A stretch of DNA of 64,000 bases from an uncultured Clostridia bacterium (GCA_947630765.1 CANRIX010000004.1:15929-79928); one strand, 5' to 3'. Counted from the stretch's first letter, positions 1-9,925 are shown. Translations and numbers: made by a program. Notes: generated by a model from the letters alone, not told the origin.

Positions 1-7
1 AAAAAGT

Positions 8-1288
8 TTGAAGAAGAATCATCCAAAATGCATGATTATTTTTACGAATGTTTTTGAAACGAATGACGAAATCTCTTGCGAAATCACTGAAAGGACCAGG
101 GGAATCGGGGCAATCTGTTTCAAGAAGGACATTCAAAATATTAATTTCAAGGTTCACAGCAGGAAGGCATCTCTTACCTTTTTCTCGATCGGAGAAGATG
201 AAATCGAAAATGTTCATTATGCGTTGAAATTGATTGACGCTTACAGAGAGCGTCCCAATTCCAATTTGTATGGTTTTGCCAATCAAACGGAGAGCGACTT
301 GCTTTTGACATCGTCAGATAAAGGGGTCATAAAAGTTCGGTGCGTCAATAATATCCGATCTTTGGTAAACAGAATTTTATACGAGGAGGGCGGACGAATT
401 TTTGAATCCGCGTCGAATATCGAGCAAAGCGAAAATCGGCGCATATCGGCGGTCATCATTGGGCTTGGAAAATACGGGACAATGATGATGAAATCGCTTC
501 CGTGGTTCTGCCAAATGGACGGTTACGAGGTTGTGATTCATGCGTTCGACCATGATGAAAACGCGGAGGACAGATTCTCCGTGCAGTGCCCCGAACTGAT
601 GGACAGCTGTTTTAATGGGACGCGCATAGACGGGGAAGCTTGGTATGATATCAAAATTCATTCTGGGGTCAATATTGATTCTACGGCGTTTTTGCGGGAG
701 GTTGGCAGGATTCCGCAACCTACATATGTTTTTGTTGCACTCGGTAATGATGAACAGAATATCAAATCCGCCGTTTATATTAGGAGCTTGTTTGAACGCA
801 TGAACTGGCACCCTATGGTTCAGACGGTTGTGTATAGCACGGCCGAAAAAGAAGCTTTGCGAGATGCCGATAATTTTAAAGGTCAGAAGTACGATATTGA
901 ATTTATCGGGGATTTGGATACCTTCTATTCGGAAGAAGTTATCATCAATTCGGAATTGGAGACAGAGGCATTGAAGCGGCATTTGCGTTGGGGAAACGAG
1001 GAAGAATTTTGGAAGTATGAGTACAACTACCGTTCTTCTGTCGCGTCCGCAATTCATAAGAAGATGAAACTCTTTTGCAAAATGCCGGGGATAGAAAAAG
1101 AGCCCGGTGAGCGAACGGACGAGGAACTGTGGGCGCTTCGGCGCTTGGAGCACCGCCGCTGGAACGCGTATATGCGGTCGGAAGGGTATTGCTACGGAAT
1201 GAAACGGGATTACCTTGCGAAGACGCATCCTTGTTTAGTGCCGTTTGGGGCGCTTTCCCAAACGGAGCAGGAAAAAGATGATGATTGA
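8..1288 (+). CDS. RCK/TrkA_N-like NAD-binding domain protein with C-terminal RyR (ryanodine receptor repeat) domain; probably 5'-truncated by the window edge
   Basis: Rossmann motif VIIGLGKYG; C-terminal EHRRWNAYMRSEGY...RDYLAKTHPCLVPFGAL typical of the RyR domain; frame is open at the window start. Confidence 0.75.
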   Translation: MKKNHPKCMIIFTNVFETNDEISCEITERTRGIGAICFKKDIQNINFKVHSRKASLTFFSIGEDEIENVHYALKLIDAYRERPNSNLYGFANQTESDLLLTSSDKGVIKVRCVNNIRSLVNRILYEEGGRIFESASNIEQSENRRISAVIIGLGKYGTMMMKSLPWFCQMDGYEVVIHAFDHDENAEDRFSVQCPELMDSCFNGTRIDGEAWYDIKIHSGVNIDSTAFLREVGRIPQPTYVFVALGNDEQNIKSAVYIRSLFERMNWHPMVQTVVYSTAEKEALRDADNFKGQKYDIEFIGDLDTFYSEEVIINSELETEALKRHLRWGNEEEFWKYEYNYRSSVASAIHKKMKLFCKMPGIEKEPGERTDEELWALRRLEHRRWNAYMRSEGYCYGMKRDYLAKTHPCLVPFGALSQTEQEKDDD

Positions 1289-1322
1289 ACGATGCGAATT
1301 GGTTCAGTAGGAGGGCTATTGC

Positions 1323-3419
1323 ATGAAAAGACTGAAAGAGTGGGCGAGCATACAACTTGCGAAAAATCCGGGTAAGGTCGTGCTTGCGGCAATTGTTCTG
1401 TTCAATGTTGTATTTTTCTTTGTTGCAGCGGTCGTTATCAGCAATCTGTCCCTTTCCGGGACGGAGAATATGTCGTTCCTCGAGGCGGCATTCTGCACGG
1501 TGACGATGATTTTGGATGCCGGATGCATCCAATTCGTTGTATCGGACATCGGACAGACGGGCGTGGCTGTTGTTATAGTGTGTTTAGCGATTATATTTAT
1601 CGGGATGATCTCGTTTACTGGTGCTGTGATCGGTTACATCACCAACTATATTTCGCATTTCATAGAGGATTCCAATACCGACAGTAGGAAGCTGCATATT
1701 TCCGACCACATTGTGATTCTAAATTGGAATACACGCGCTTCTGAGATCATAAATGACCTCTTGTACTGCGAAAAAAAACAAAAGGTCGTCGTTCTTGTGG
1801 GCAGCAGGAAAGAGGAGATTGAAAAGGAGATCGAGGAGCGCCTTGCCGATACTGTTTCCAGAGAGAATGCGGAATTCCGTAAGAAAGGATTTTTGCGCAG
1901 GATTTTTGTGGGAAGAAACGCAAAGTTCCGCAACCGCTTGACGATTGTAGTTCGAGAAGGCGACGTGTTCTCTTCCAAGCAGTTGCGAGATATTTCGCTG
2001 GAATATGCGCGATCTATCATCATTTTGGGCAACGATATCAACAACACGGTCTGTAAATTCGAGACCAAGGAGCAATTAGGGGAACAGGAGCGTGGCAATT
2101 CACAGACTGTAAAAACGCTCATGCAGGTGGCGGACATCACCTCCGCAGCGGAGTCGAACGACAATCAGAAGATTATCGTCGAGATCATGGACGACTGGAC
2201 GCACGAACTTATCAAAAAGATTATCAAATGCAAAGAAGTCAAGGAAAAGTGCAATATTATTCCCGTACAGATTAATAAGATCTTAGGACAGATCCTTTCC
2301 CAATTCTCGCTGATGCCGGAACTAAATATGGTCTATAAGGAGCTTTTTTCCAATAAGGGTGCCGCGTTTTTTACGGAGCCGTACGAGATTGATCAGGAAT
2401 GTGACTTCGTGCCGACCTATTTGGAAAACCACAACCGTGCGATTCCCTTGACACATATGATCAGCGACGGCAAGGCGTATCACTATTTTTCGGCGGCTGA
2501 CGAAAAGGATGTCCGGGAAATTTGCAAGTGCCGGGAGTCGGCGTATGACGTCGCTCTGAACAGGGAGTATTGGATTGAGAATAAAAACGTGATCATATTG
2601 GGGCATAACAGCAAATGCCAGGACATCATGCGGGGCTTTGCTGCGTTCAAGAGCGAATGGGAGCGCAAGGATGGGCAGGAAATTCTCCAGATCATCGTCA
2701 TAGACGATCAAAAGAATCTGGAAAAAATGAACTACTACAAGGAGTACCCGTTTGTCGTCGATACGCTCGCGGCCAGCATCTATGATCGAGAGCTGATCTG
2801 TTCGACGATCGAGCGGTTCGTTGCTTCAAACGAGGAGGACACCAGTATTCTAATCCTTTCGGACGACGCCGCCCGGAATGAGGATATCGACGCGAATGCC
2901 TTGGCGAATCTGGTGTATGTGCAGGACATTATCAACGCCAAAAAGATGGCGGACCCCGCGTTCGACCCGGAAAGCATTGACGTCATCGTGGAAATCATTG
3001 ATCCCAAGCACCACGATATAGTCAACAGCTACAGCGTGAACAATGTCGTGATCAGTAACCGCTACATAAGCAAGATGATTACGCAGATTGGCGAAAAGGA
3101 AGCGTTGTTCGATTTTTGTACTGATATTCTTACCTACGACGCGGAAGGTGTCGATATCTACGAGAGCAAGGAAATCTACACAAAAAAGGTAAGTCGACTT
3201 TTCGAGAAACTCCCGGAGAAATGCACCGCGGAGGAATTTATTCGGGCGGTGTATCGCGCGTCGACTGACCCGAGCTTGCCGGAGAAACAGCGGAACCCGA
3301 CCGTGGTGCTGGGGTATGTGAAGCCCGGCGGCAGAATGGTCCTGTTCGAGGGCAATCAATCCGAAATTGTCGTTGAATTGGAAAAGGCGGATAAGCTGGT
3401 TGTGTTCAGCAACCACTGA
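1323..3419 (+). CDS. CASTOR/POLLUX-like putative cation channel (TM-pore-TM + two RCK domains)
   Basis: Two hydrophobic helices flank MILDAGC (filter-like); RCK starts DHIVILNWN and NVIILGHN; GGAGGG RBS. Confidence 0.75.
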   Translation: MKRLKEWASIQLAKNPGKVVLAAIVLFNVVFFFVAAVVISNLSLSGTENMSFLEAAFCTVTMILDAGCIQFVVSDIGQTGVAVVIVCLAIIFIGMISFTGAVIGYITNYISHFIEDSNTDSRKLHISDHIVILNWNTRASEIINDLLYCEKKQKVVVLVGSRKEEIEKEIEERLADTVSRENAEFRKKGFLRRIFVGRNAKFRNRLTIVVREGDVFSSKQLRDISLEYARSIIILGNDINNTVCKFETKEQLGEQERGNSQTVKTLMQVADITSAAESNDNQKIIVEIMDDWTHELIKKIIKCKEVKEKCNIIPVQINKILGQILSQFSLMPELNMVYKELFSNKGAAFFTEPYEIDQECDFVPTYLENHNRAIPLTHMISDGKAYHYFSAADEKDVREICKCRESAYDVALNREYWIENKNVIILGHNSKCQDIMRGFAAFKSEWERKDGQEILQIIVIDDQKNLEKMNYYKEYPFVVDTLAASIYDRELICSTIERFVASNEEDTSILILSDDAARNEDIDANALANLVYVQDIINAKKMADPAFDPESIDVIVEIIDPKHHDIVNSYSVNNVVISNRYISKMITQIGEKEALFDFCTDILTYDAEGVDIYESKEIYTKKVSRLFEKLPEKCTAEEFIRAVYRASTDPSLPEKQRNPTVVLGYVKPGGRMVLFEGNQSEIVVELEKADKLVVFSNH

Positions 3420-3703
3420 CTTCAATCATTTTATGAAGACACAGCGGGATAGCGGCGGAAAAAGACAAGTATATTGAGTGCCGGAACTTTTTCATAGAGG
3501 ATACGGTCAGTCTCAACGAAGAAACGACCTGAAAGTACTCTATTTTTAGCGAGATACTGCTTTTTGTGATAGCTTATGCACAGATAGCGCCGCTTTTGTA
3601 CCATTTTCTGATGGGTGAATATGCTAACCTCGGTACATGGCAAGTCATTGTGGTTGCACCTATAGCGTTCATCGGAACAATTTTGATCATTCGGAAAGAA
3701 TAA

Positions 3704-4000
3704 GATACTGGGGAGGATACGAAGATTGCGGACTTTATTCAGCGCCTTTGTCAAATGAATAACGGTGCATATCCCGAGAAAATTTTTATTACCGGCGCGG
3801 ATACGGATTGCTGTGTGCTGACAATTGCGACGGCATTGTTTGAACATAATATCAAGCCTGTTGTTCTTACGCGGTACCGCGATTCAAACGGTGGCTCCGT
3901 GTCTCATGAAGCGGGGACCGCTTGTATGACCAGATTAATCGGTGAAGAGCAGCTTGTTGATAAAGAGATAATCGGTCCAAAAGAGTTTGAGACGCTATAA
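3704..4000 (+). pseudogene. C-terminal fragment of an isochorismatase/cysteine hydrolase family protein
   Basis: ITGADTDCCVLTIATALFEHNIKPVVL...HEAG; in-frame TAA at 3701-3703 and no N-terminal half visible. Confidence 0.65.
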
Positions 4001-4053
4001 GCGGAAAAAACAAACCGTTTACGGATAGGCTGTTTTTGCTAAAAAGTAGGTAA

Positions 4054-5412
4054 TTGACGAGGACGGTAGGCATGAGGTTTTTCACTTGGCTGAGAAGACA
4101 CCGAGCGACAATAAACGGGATTTTAATAACTGTTTTTACGTCGTTGATTTTTAACGCGATATTCGATAATCACGGCAATTTATTTTCCGAGTTTGGCGAT
4201 ATTGTTGCTCAGATAATAGATGTTAGTTCGTTAGGCGGGATATTGATAATCGCATCGCTTCTGCTCCTTTTCGTTTTCAATATTGTGCTCACCATTGCAT
4301 CGTGGCAACTTAACAGAAAATCACTTTCAAAAGACTTTCCTGATTTGATGAAACGCTTTACTAGTCCAAATGTTTCTGATTCCATAGGAAAAGGATGTAT
4401 AGGATGGGGAGAAGGAAAAACCGTCGAAATCTGTAATGACATAATTTTCGGGTGGAATCCCAATAATATCATCGTCGAGGATTATGAAAACGAACTGTAC
4501 AGTTTCTATGTTGAGGATGATAGAATAAAGAAATTTGGAAATAAGAGTTATTACTTCAATGAAGAGGATTGGCTCCTTTTCAAGAATTCGCCGAAATTCC
4601 GAAATGTCATCAAAAAAGGAAACAACTTGCCAAGGTTTATGCTTAGGGAATGTTCGAAAAATTATGATAAAAAAGATAGAAAGCTGCTTGTATCTTTGGG
4701 AAGAACCGAGTGGAGTCAAACAAGTTATGTGTGGGATAGATTCGGGAAATCAAAAGGATATGAAGTAGATTCAAACGAACTCATGCATGAGTATTCAAAA
4801 GGCGTTACAAGCGGAAATGAATCCGAACCGTATATTCCGAACAGTTTTTGCATGCATTTGTTGATTGAAACCTTAGATAACAAAGTAATCCTATCACGTA
4901 TAAGTCAGGCGAAAATCAATGATAACCCCGGAACATGGGCAGCAACATTAGGTGAACAGCTCGAGCTTGAAGACTTTACGGACGGGAACAATTTCTTTGA
5001 TAATTTTGTTATGCGGTGGATGCGGCGAGCGTTTCTTGAGGAATACAAGTTTGACGAGAATGTATTTCATGATGCCGTAGACGAAGAAACGCTGAAAATA
5101 ATCAGTGTAAATTTTGAGTCGGATAGATATAATTTTTCGTTGTTTTGTACTGTACAATTAAGGTATACATTTGATACATTTAATAGGAAAATCGCTCCCA
5201 CGTTGGCAACTGAAGAAGCCATTGAAGTGAAGGGAATAAGCATAAAAGAGATTCCGAATATTTTAATGACCTATGAAGATGAAGCGGAAAGGAAGAATTA
5301 CCATCCTTCTACATACTTAAGGCTATTGCTTTTCTTTATGCACAAAAATGGTTACGCAAGATCCGAAAGAATCCTTTTGAAGAGGGCAAAAGAATTGCCA
5401 AAGAAAGAATAA
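4054..5412 (+). CDS. Hypothetical protein: 2 N-terminal TM helices + degenerate NUDIX-like C-terminal domain (start may be ATG 4072)
   Basis: 452-aa AT-rich ORF; HLLIETLDNKVILSR..PGTW...GEQ...RRAFLEEYKF resembles a NUDIX fold with an interrupted Nudix box. Confidence 0.55.
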   Translation: MTRTVGMRFFTWLRRHRATINGILITVFTSLIFNAIFDNHGNLFSEFGDIVAQIIDVSSLGGILIIASLLLLFVFNIVLTIASWQLNRKSLSKDFPDLMKRFTSPNVSDSIGKGCIGWGEGKTVEICNDIIFGWNPNNIIVEDYENELYSFYVEDDRIKKFGNKSYYFNEEDWLLFKNSPKFRNVIKKGNNLPRFMLRECSKNYDKKDRKLLVSLGRTEWSQTSYVWDRFGKSKGYEVDSNELMHEYSKGVTSGNESEPYIPNSFCMHLLIETLDNKVILSRISQAKINDNPGTWAATLGEQLELEDFTDGNNFFDNFVMRWMRRAFLEEYKFDENVFHDAVDEETLKIISVNFESDRYNFSLFCTVQLRYTFDTFNRKIAPTLATEEAIEVKGISIKEIPNILMTYEDEAERKNYHPSTYLRLLLFFMHKNGYARSERILLKRAKELPKKE

Positions 5413-5651
5413 GGACATTTGTCAATCTAGCGTTATGGACGGGTATCTTTTGTATCATCTAAGAATCAATGGGAAGCGCACATCTGAGCTGAGGGCCATA
5501 TGGCAAATATGATTTGAAGAGGATTCAAATCGCAAAAACCCAGCGGATTTCGTGGAAACACGACGGCAACTGCTTGCAATTTGTCGGAACTTGTGCTATA
5601 CTTTTACTTGGACAGAGGGAAATACAGTTAATTACGGAGCAGTGATTCGCG

Positions 5652-6167
5652 GTGAAACGTAAAACATTGATGATCCTGATTCTGGTATTGACGATAGCAG
5701 GAGCATGCGCTGCGGCCGTTATCCTTAACAGAGAGCAAATAGCAAAGTATTTTTTTGACTACGAATCAGAGATCCAGCACGGATTTTCCGATGCGTTATT
5801 AGAAGGCTTACATATGCAGTACGGCGTAGAAATCCCCGAAGAAGCCGTATTCAAAAAAGGAATTAATACGTACACGTTCCGGGATCAATTTGTAGTCATT
5901 CTATTTACTTGCGACATTGACGAAAACGCGTATATGACGGATTCGGACGCTTATGTCTGTGATTTGCTGAACCTGGATCGGGAGAGGTATTCGATGGCAG
6001 GCAGTGACGATTTCATAGCGACCGATTGGTATGAGGATTACGGCGGGCAGCTGGACAGACAGCTCTCGGCGCCTGACGATATATTTACATCCATCAGCTA
6101 TCGGGCGGATAACAAGCAGCTGCTCATCCGCTTTGTCGGATATCGTCCGCAAGCCGTTTTTCCTTAA
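5652..6167 (+). CDS. Hypothetical secreted/membrane-anchored protein
   Basis: Basic + hydrophobic N-terminus, GGAG RBS, upstream TGcTATACT. Confidence 0.7.
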   Translation: MKRKTLMILILVLTIAGACAAAVILNREQIAKYFFDYESEIQHGFSDALLEGLHMQYGVEIPEEAVFKKGINTYTFRDQFVVILFTCDIDENAYMTDSDAYVCDLLNLDRERYSMAGSDDFIATDWYEDYGGQLDRQLSAPDDIFTSISYRADNKQLLIRFVGYRPQAVFP

Positions 6168-6293
6168 TTCGCTCCTCACATTTTTTCTCTTTTCACGCAT
6201 GCGGATTCGGTCCTGCGTGACGCCCATGAACGGCTTCGGAGGAAGAGCGAGGTCTCTATATGTAAATAAAATGTGAATTTTTGGGAAAAGATG

Positions 6294-6322
6294 TTGCAAA
6301 ATGGGTGGGAGGAACCTATAAT
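6294..6322 (+). promoter_or_regulatory. Sigma-A promoter
   Basis: TTGCAA-17-TATAAT upstream of 6399. Confidence 0.6.
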
Positions 6323-6398
6323 AAAAGAAGAATATGGACACGCCATGAACGGATGAAAAACAAAAAAATAAATAGAAATCGCAAAAGGAGATTTACGT

Positions 6399-7010
6399 AT
6401 GTATTGCAAAAAATGTGGCAGCGAAATCGCTCCTGACGAGAAATTTTGCAGCAAGTGCGGGACGCCTATCGAACCCGCTGCGCAGCCCACGGCGCATGCG
6501 CAGGGGAAACAAACCGTGACGCTGACCATTCCGAAGCAGTTCCGTTCGCCGTTCGGGATCATGTATGCCGTCGCAGCTTTTCTGCACCTTTTGCAGCTGA
6601 TTTTTTGGAATATCAGCACGATTAGCGTCGCCGGCGAGACCATGTTTTCGACCGCGTTTGTCCTGAAATTAGGGACTATTATGCGATTGACCGGCCTTTC
6701 TGAGTCGCACTCGTATTCGTTTGCTACGGTCTTCTTTATCATCCTGACCACTGTTTCCATTCTGCTCTGCGTCGCTCCGCTATTCCAGAACACGTTCAAT
6801 AAGCCCAGAAAGATGATCGTCCCGCTGATTTCTTGCGTCTGGACGCTGATTTGGACGATCGTTGCGCTGAATGTCGGTGGTTCCGGGACCCTCTCCGCCT
6901 CCTTCTTCGGCTGGCTGTTCATTATCTTTACGGTCCTGACGATCCTTCTGGAAGTTGCAATTTTACTTTTGAGCAATAAGATCGTGGCTTTTTCCATAAG
7001 CAAGAACTGA
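6399..7010 (+). CDS. Zinc-ribbon domain membrane protein
   Basis: MYCKKCG...KFCSKCGTP followed by ~4 TM helices; AAGGAG RBS. Confidence 0.85.
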   Translation: MYCKKCGSEIAPDEKFCSKCGTPIEPAAQPTAHAQGKQTVTLTIPKQFRSPFGIMYAVAAFLHLLQLIFWNISTISVAGETMFSTAFVLKLGTIMRLTGLSESHSYSFATVFFIILTTVSILLCVAPLFQNTFNKPRKMIVPLISCVWTLIWTIVALNVGGSGTLSASFFGWLFIIFTVLTILLEVAILLLSNKIVAFSISKN

Positions 7011-7081
7011 AACGAATCCATAAAACGATCGGGGGGCGGTTGACCGTCCCCCGTTTTTTCCGAAAACGCGGAGGGGGATCG

Positions 7082-7654
7082 ATGGAACGGTTCAAAACAC
7101 TCGGAAACCTGTTTGGGACTTTTCTCAAACTCGGCTGTTTCACCTTCGGGGGCGGCTGGAGCATCGTCGCGCAGATGCAGCGCATCTACGTCGAGCGCAA
7201 GCGCGTCCTGTCGGAGGAGGAACTGGTCGATATGACCGGCGTGGCGCGGAGCCTGCCGGGGACGATGATCGGCAACGCTGCGGTGCTGTTCGGGTACCGT
7301 ATGGCGGGCGTGGCGGGGAGCGTGGTCTGCCTGCTCGGGATCGTCCTGCCGCCGATGGCGCTGCTGTGTGCGCTGGCGTTCTTCTATACGGCGTTCCGCG
7401 ACAACGCGTGGGTGTCCGCGGCGATGAACGGGGTCCGCGCGTCCATCGTGCCGATCATTCTCAGCGCCGGGATCGGGATGCTGAAAAGCTCGTTTCCGTT
7501 CCCGCCCTGCGTCGCCGTTTTCGCCGTGACGCTGGCGCTATATCTGTTTTTGAACCTCAACTGCGTCTACCTGATCCTGATCGGGGCGGCTTGCGGGCTG
7601 CTGTTGAGCGAGTACTACGAACGCCGACAGAAGGGGAGGGGTGCGAGGAAATGA
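7082..7654 (+). CDS. chrA: Short-chain chromate transporter, subunit 1
   Basis: FLKLGCFTFGGG and SLPG motifs. Confidence 0.9.
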   Translation: MERFKTLGNLFGTFLKLGCFTFGGGWSIVAQMQRIYVERKRVLSEEELVDMTGVARSLPGTMIGNAAVLFGYRMAGVAGSVVCLLGIVLPPMALLCALAFFYTAFRDNAWVSAAMNGVRASIVPIILSAGIGMLKSSFPFPPCVAVFAVTLALYLFLNLNCVYLILIGAACGLLLSEYYERRQKGRGARK

Positions 7655-8202
7655 TCTACCTGCAGCTCTTCTGGAGCTTCCTGAAGATCGGATTCACCAG
7701 CTTCGGCGGGCTTTCGATGATCCCGCTGATCAGCAGCGAGATGCTCGCGCACGGCTGGATGAACGCCGAGGAAGTCTCCGACATCGTCGCGATCGCCGAA
7801 ATGACCCCCGGACCGCTCGGGCTGAACTGCGCCACCTTTGCCGGCATGCGCTCGGCGGGGCTGCTCGGCGCGGTGGCGGCGAATCTCGGCGTGCTGATGC
7901 CGTCGTTGACGCTTTGCCTGCTTGCAGCGGTGTTCTACAACCGGTTCCGCAAGGCGAAGGTGATGCAGAATATCATGGTCGGCGTGCGCCCGACCTGCCT
8001 TGCGATGGTCGCGGGGGTATGCCTGACGCTGTCGGCGACCAACTACGCGACCGTCGCCGGGGTGTCCCTGCCGTCGGTCGCGATCGGCGTGCTGGACCTT
8101 GTGCTGTTGCTGGTCCGCAAGTGGAGCGTCCCGGCGGTGATCGGGATCAGCGCCGCTTTGGGACTGCTGACGTTCGGCGTCGCGCCGATGCTGTTCGCGT
8201 AG
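7651..8202 (+). CDS. chrA: Short-chain chromate transporter, subunit 2
   Basis: FLKIGFTSFGG and AEMTPGP motifs; ATGA overlap with the previous gene. Confidence 0.9.
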   Translation: MIYLQLFWSFLKIGFTSFGGLSMIPLISSEMLAHGWMNAEEVSDIVAIAEMTPGPLGLNCATFAGMRSAGLLGAVAANLGVLMPSLTLCLLAAVFYNRFRKAKVMQNIMVGVRPTCLAMVAGVCLTLSATNYATVAGVSLPSVAIGVLDLVLLLVRKWSVPAVIGISAALGLLTFGVAPMLFA

Positions 8203-8207
8203 GCACT

Positions 8208-8455
8208 TTTTCGGGGGGCAAACGCAATCGCGGCGACTCCGCTACGCGTCGCCTTGCTCTGCTTTTTCTCATTCAAAGCGGCAATCCGCTTTGAATAGAA
8301 AGTCCCCCCTTTCATCGAAACCCGGCTCGGCTTGCGCCACTTCTGACGCCGCCATCGCCGGTTTTCTCTTAAGGTTGCCCCTATGCTCCAAACACAATTG
8401 TGTTTGGAGCCAGCGGCGCATGTCCGCCTACGGGGCGATTTTTTATTTTATTTTT
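8208..8455 (+). repeat. Dispersed structured element, copy A (carries two extra inserted hairpins)
   Basis: Shares GGGGCAAACGCAATCGCGGCGACT, CTCGGCTTGCGCCA..CTGACGCCGCC.TCGCCG.TTTTCTCTTAAGGT and CATGTCCGCCTACGGG with the copy at 14180. Confidence 0.9.
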
Positions 8456-8592
8456 GTTTATTTTGAGGCTTTTCACGTTTTGCGGAAAAAAATCTCGCGA
8501 AACGTGCGCTTGACAGGCGGACTTCCGTCTGGTATCCTATAGACGTGCACAGGAAACGGGGCCCCTGCAAAACAAGAAAAGGAGAACACCGT

Positions 8593-9759
8593 ATGAAACT
8601 GAAAATCGGAGAGAATATTCGTCGCTGTCGCCGGGACGCGGATCTGACGCAACAGCAGTTTGCCGAGCAGATGGGCGTGACTTACCAGTCGGTCAGCCGC
8701 TGGGAAAACGGCGAAACCTACCCGGATACCGAACTTTTGCCCGCCATCGCGGACTATTTCCACATTTCCGTCGATCGGTTGATGGGCGTGCCGGACGCCG
8801 AAAAGGAAAAGCAGGCGCACGAAGCGTTCGACGCCCTGCGCCGTGCGTGTATGCGGCAAGAGATCGACACGGACGAAGTCGTGTCGATCCTGCGGGAGAT
8901 TCGGCGAAACTATCTGGAGACCCCGGAGGCGTGGCGTATCTGGCTCGGAAACGACCGCTGTTTCCGTATGCCGGAGGTCCTGCCGGAGGTGCGGCTGACG
9001 GCGGAAGCGTACCTCGCCCTGCACCCGATGGACGAGGGGACCCTGCAAACGATGGCGTGGGTCGAGGACGAGGAACATCTGGAGGCGTTTCTGCACAAGC
9101 ATAGCACCGGGTACGACACGTCCTATCGCGCATTGCTCTTTATGCGGTATTGGCGGCGGGAAAACGAGGAAAAACTGGAGCCGGAACGGAAATATCGGTT
9201 TGCCCAAACGATGGATTGGCTGTTCGATACGCGTACCCTTTACGGAATTCGTGCGTCGCGGGAGGTTGAGGACGCCGCGACGCGGTTTCAAAGCGAACTG
9301 CTTGATTCTATACGCGAGAACAGGAAGGACGACGAGCCGGATATTTGGGTGGAAATACGACTGGATTTGGCGATTCGCCGCGCGTCGATCGCGGCGCGAA
9401 GCGGGGACGTGAAAGGTGCGCTTTGCGAATTGGAATTTGTCGCGTCGCTGTTGGAAACGACAATGCGTATCCGCGAACCGCAATCCCTCGGTACGTCCTG
9501 CCGTTGGCTGGACGGAATGGTGTGGACCGCGGAGGAATACTGGAACAGCCCTTCCAATAACCCGGACCAACCGATTGAACGTGCAATTTATCTTTACACC
9601 GAACTGCTCGGCGTAACGACCTGCTATATGATTTATCCGAGCCTGTATTACGACCGCATTGCGAACCTGAACGGGAAGGAATGCCTGCAGGACCACCCGG
9701 AATACCAAGCGGTCCTTTCCCGCGTCGAGGCGCTTATACAGCGCAAACCGAAGGCGTGA
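8593..9759 (+). CDS. XRE-family HTH transcriptional regulator with large helical C-terminal domain
   Basis: KIGENIRR..LTQQQFAEQMGVTYQSVSRWENG; AAGGAG RBS; TTGACA-17-TATCCT at 8510-8538. Confidence 0.85.
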   Translation: MKLKIGENIRRCRRDADLTQQQFAEQMGVTYQSVSRWENGETYPDTELLPAIADYFHISVDRLMGVPDAEKEKQAHEAFDALRRACMRQEIDTDEVVSILREIRRNYLETPEAWRIWLGNDRCFRMPEVLPEVRLTAEAYLALHPMDEGTLQTMAWVEDEEHLEAFLHKHSTGYDTSYRALLFMRYWRRENEEKLEPERKYRFAQTMDWLFDTRTLYGIRASREVEDAATRFQSELLDSIRENRKDDEPDIWVEIRLDLAIRRASIAARSGDVKGALCELEFVASLLETTMRIREPQSLGTSCRWLDGMVWTAEEYWNSPSNNPDQPIERAIYLYTELLGVTTCYMIYPSLYYDRIANLNGKECLQDHPEYQAVLSRVEALIQRKPKA

Positions 9760-9780
9760 CGAGAACTTTGCAAAAAGCAT

Positions 9781-9925
9781 AAAAAAATCGCGGCAAGCCA
9801 CGAGGGCTTGCCAGAATACAGGGACCCCGCAAAGTCGTAAGACTTTGTGGGGAAAAGGAGCGGCAGCCCGAAAGGCGGACGCCGTGATTTGTGAAAAAAA
9901 TCGCGGCAAGCCACGAGAGCTTGCC
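9781..9925. repeat. 32-bp direct repeat (duplicated tRNA terminator hairpin) flanking an 81-bp hairpin cassette
   Basis: AAAAAAATCGCGGCAAGCCACGAG(G/A)GCTTGCC at 9781-9812 and 9894-9925. Confidence 0.85.

Noticed and set aside
3431-3847. 138-aa - strand ORF in the island gap
   Set aside because: No motif or RBS; overlaps the cysteine hydrolase remnant on the other strand
5570-5602. AATTTGT/AACTTGT repeats before an extended -10 as a fourth site of the two-component regulon
   Set aside because: Core is in the opposite orientation and the spacing differs from the three island sites
6219-6353. Short repeat ACGCC(C)ATGAACGG occurring twice
   Set aside because: Only two ~14-bp copies with no supporting structure
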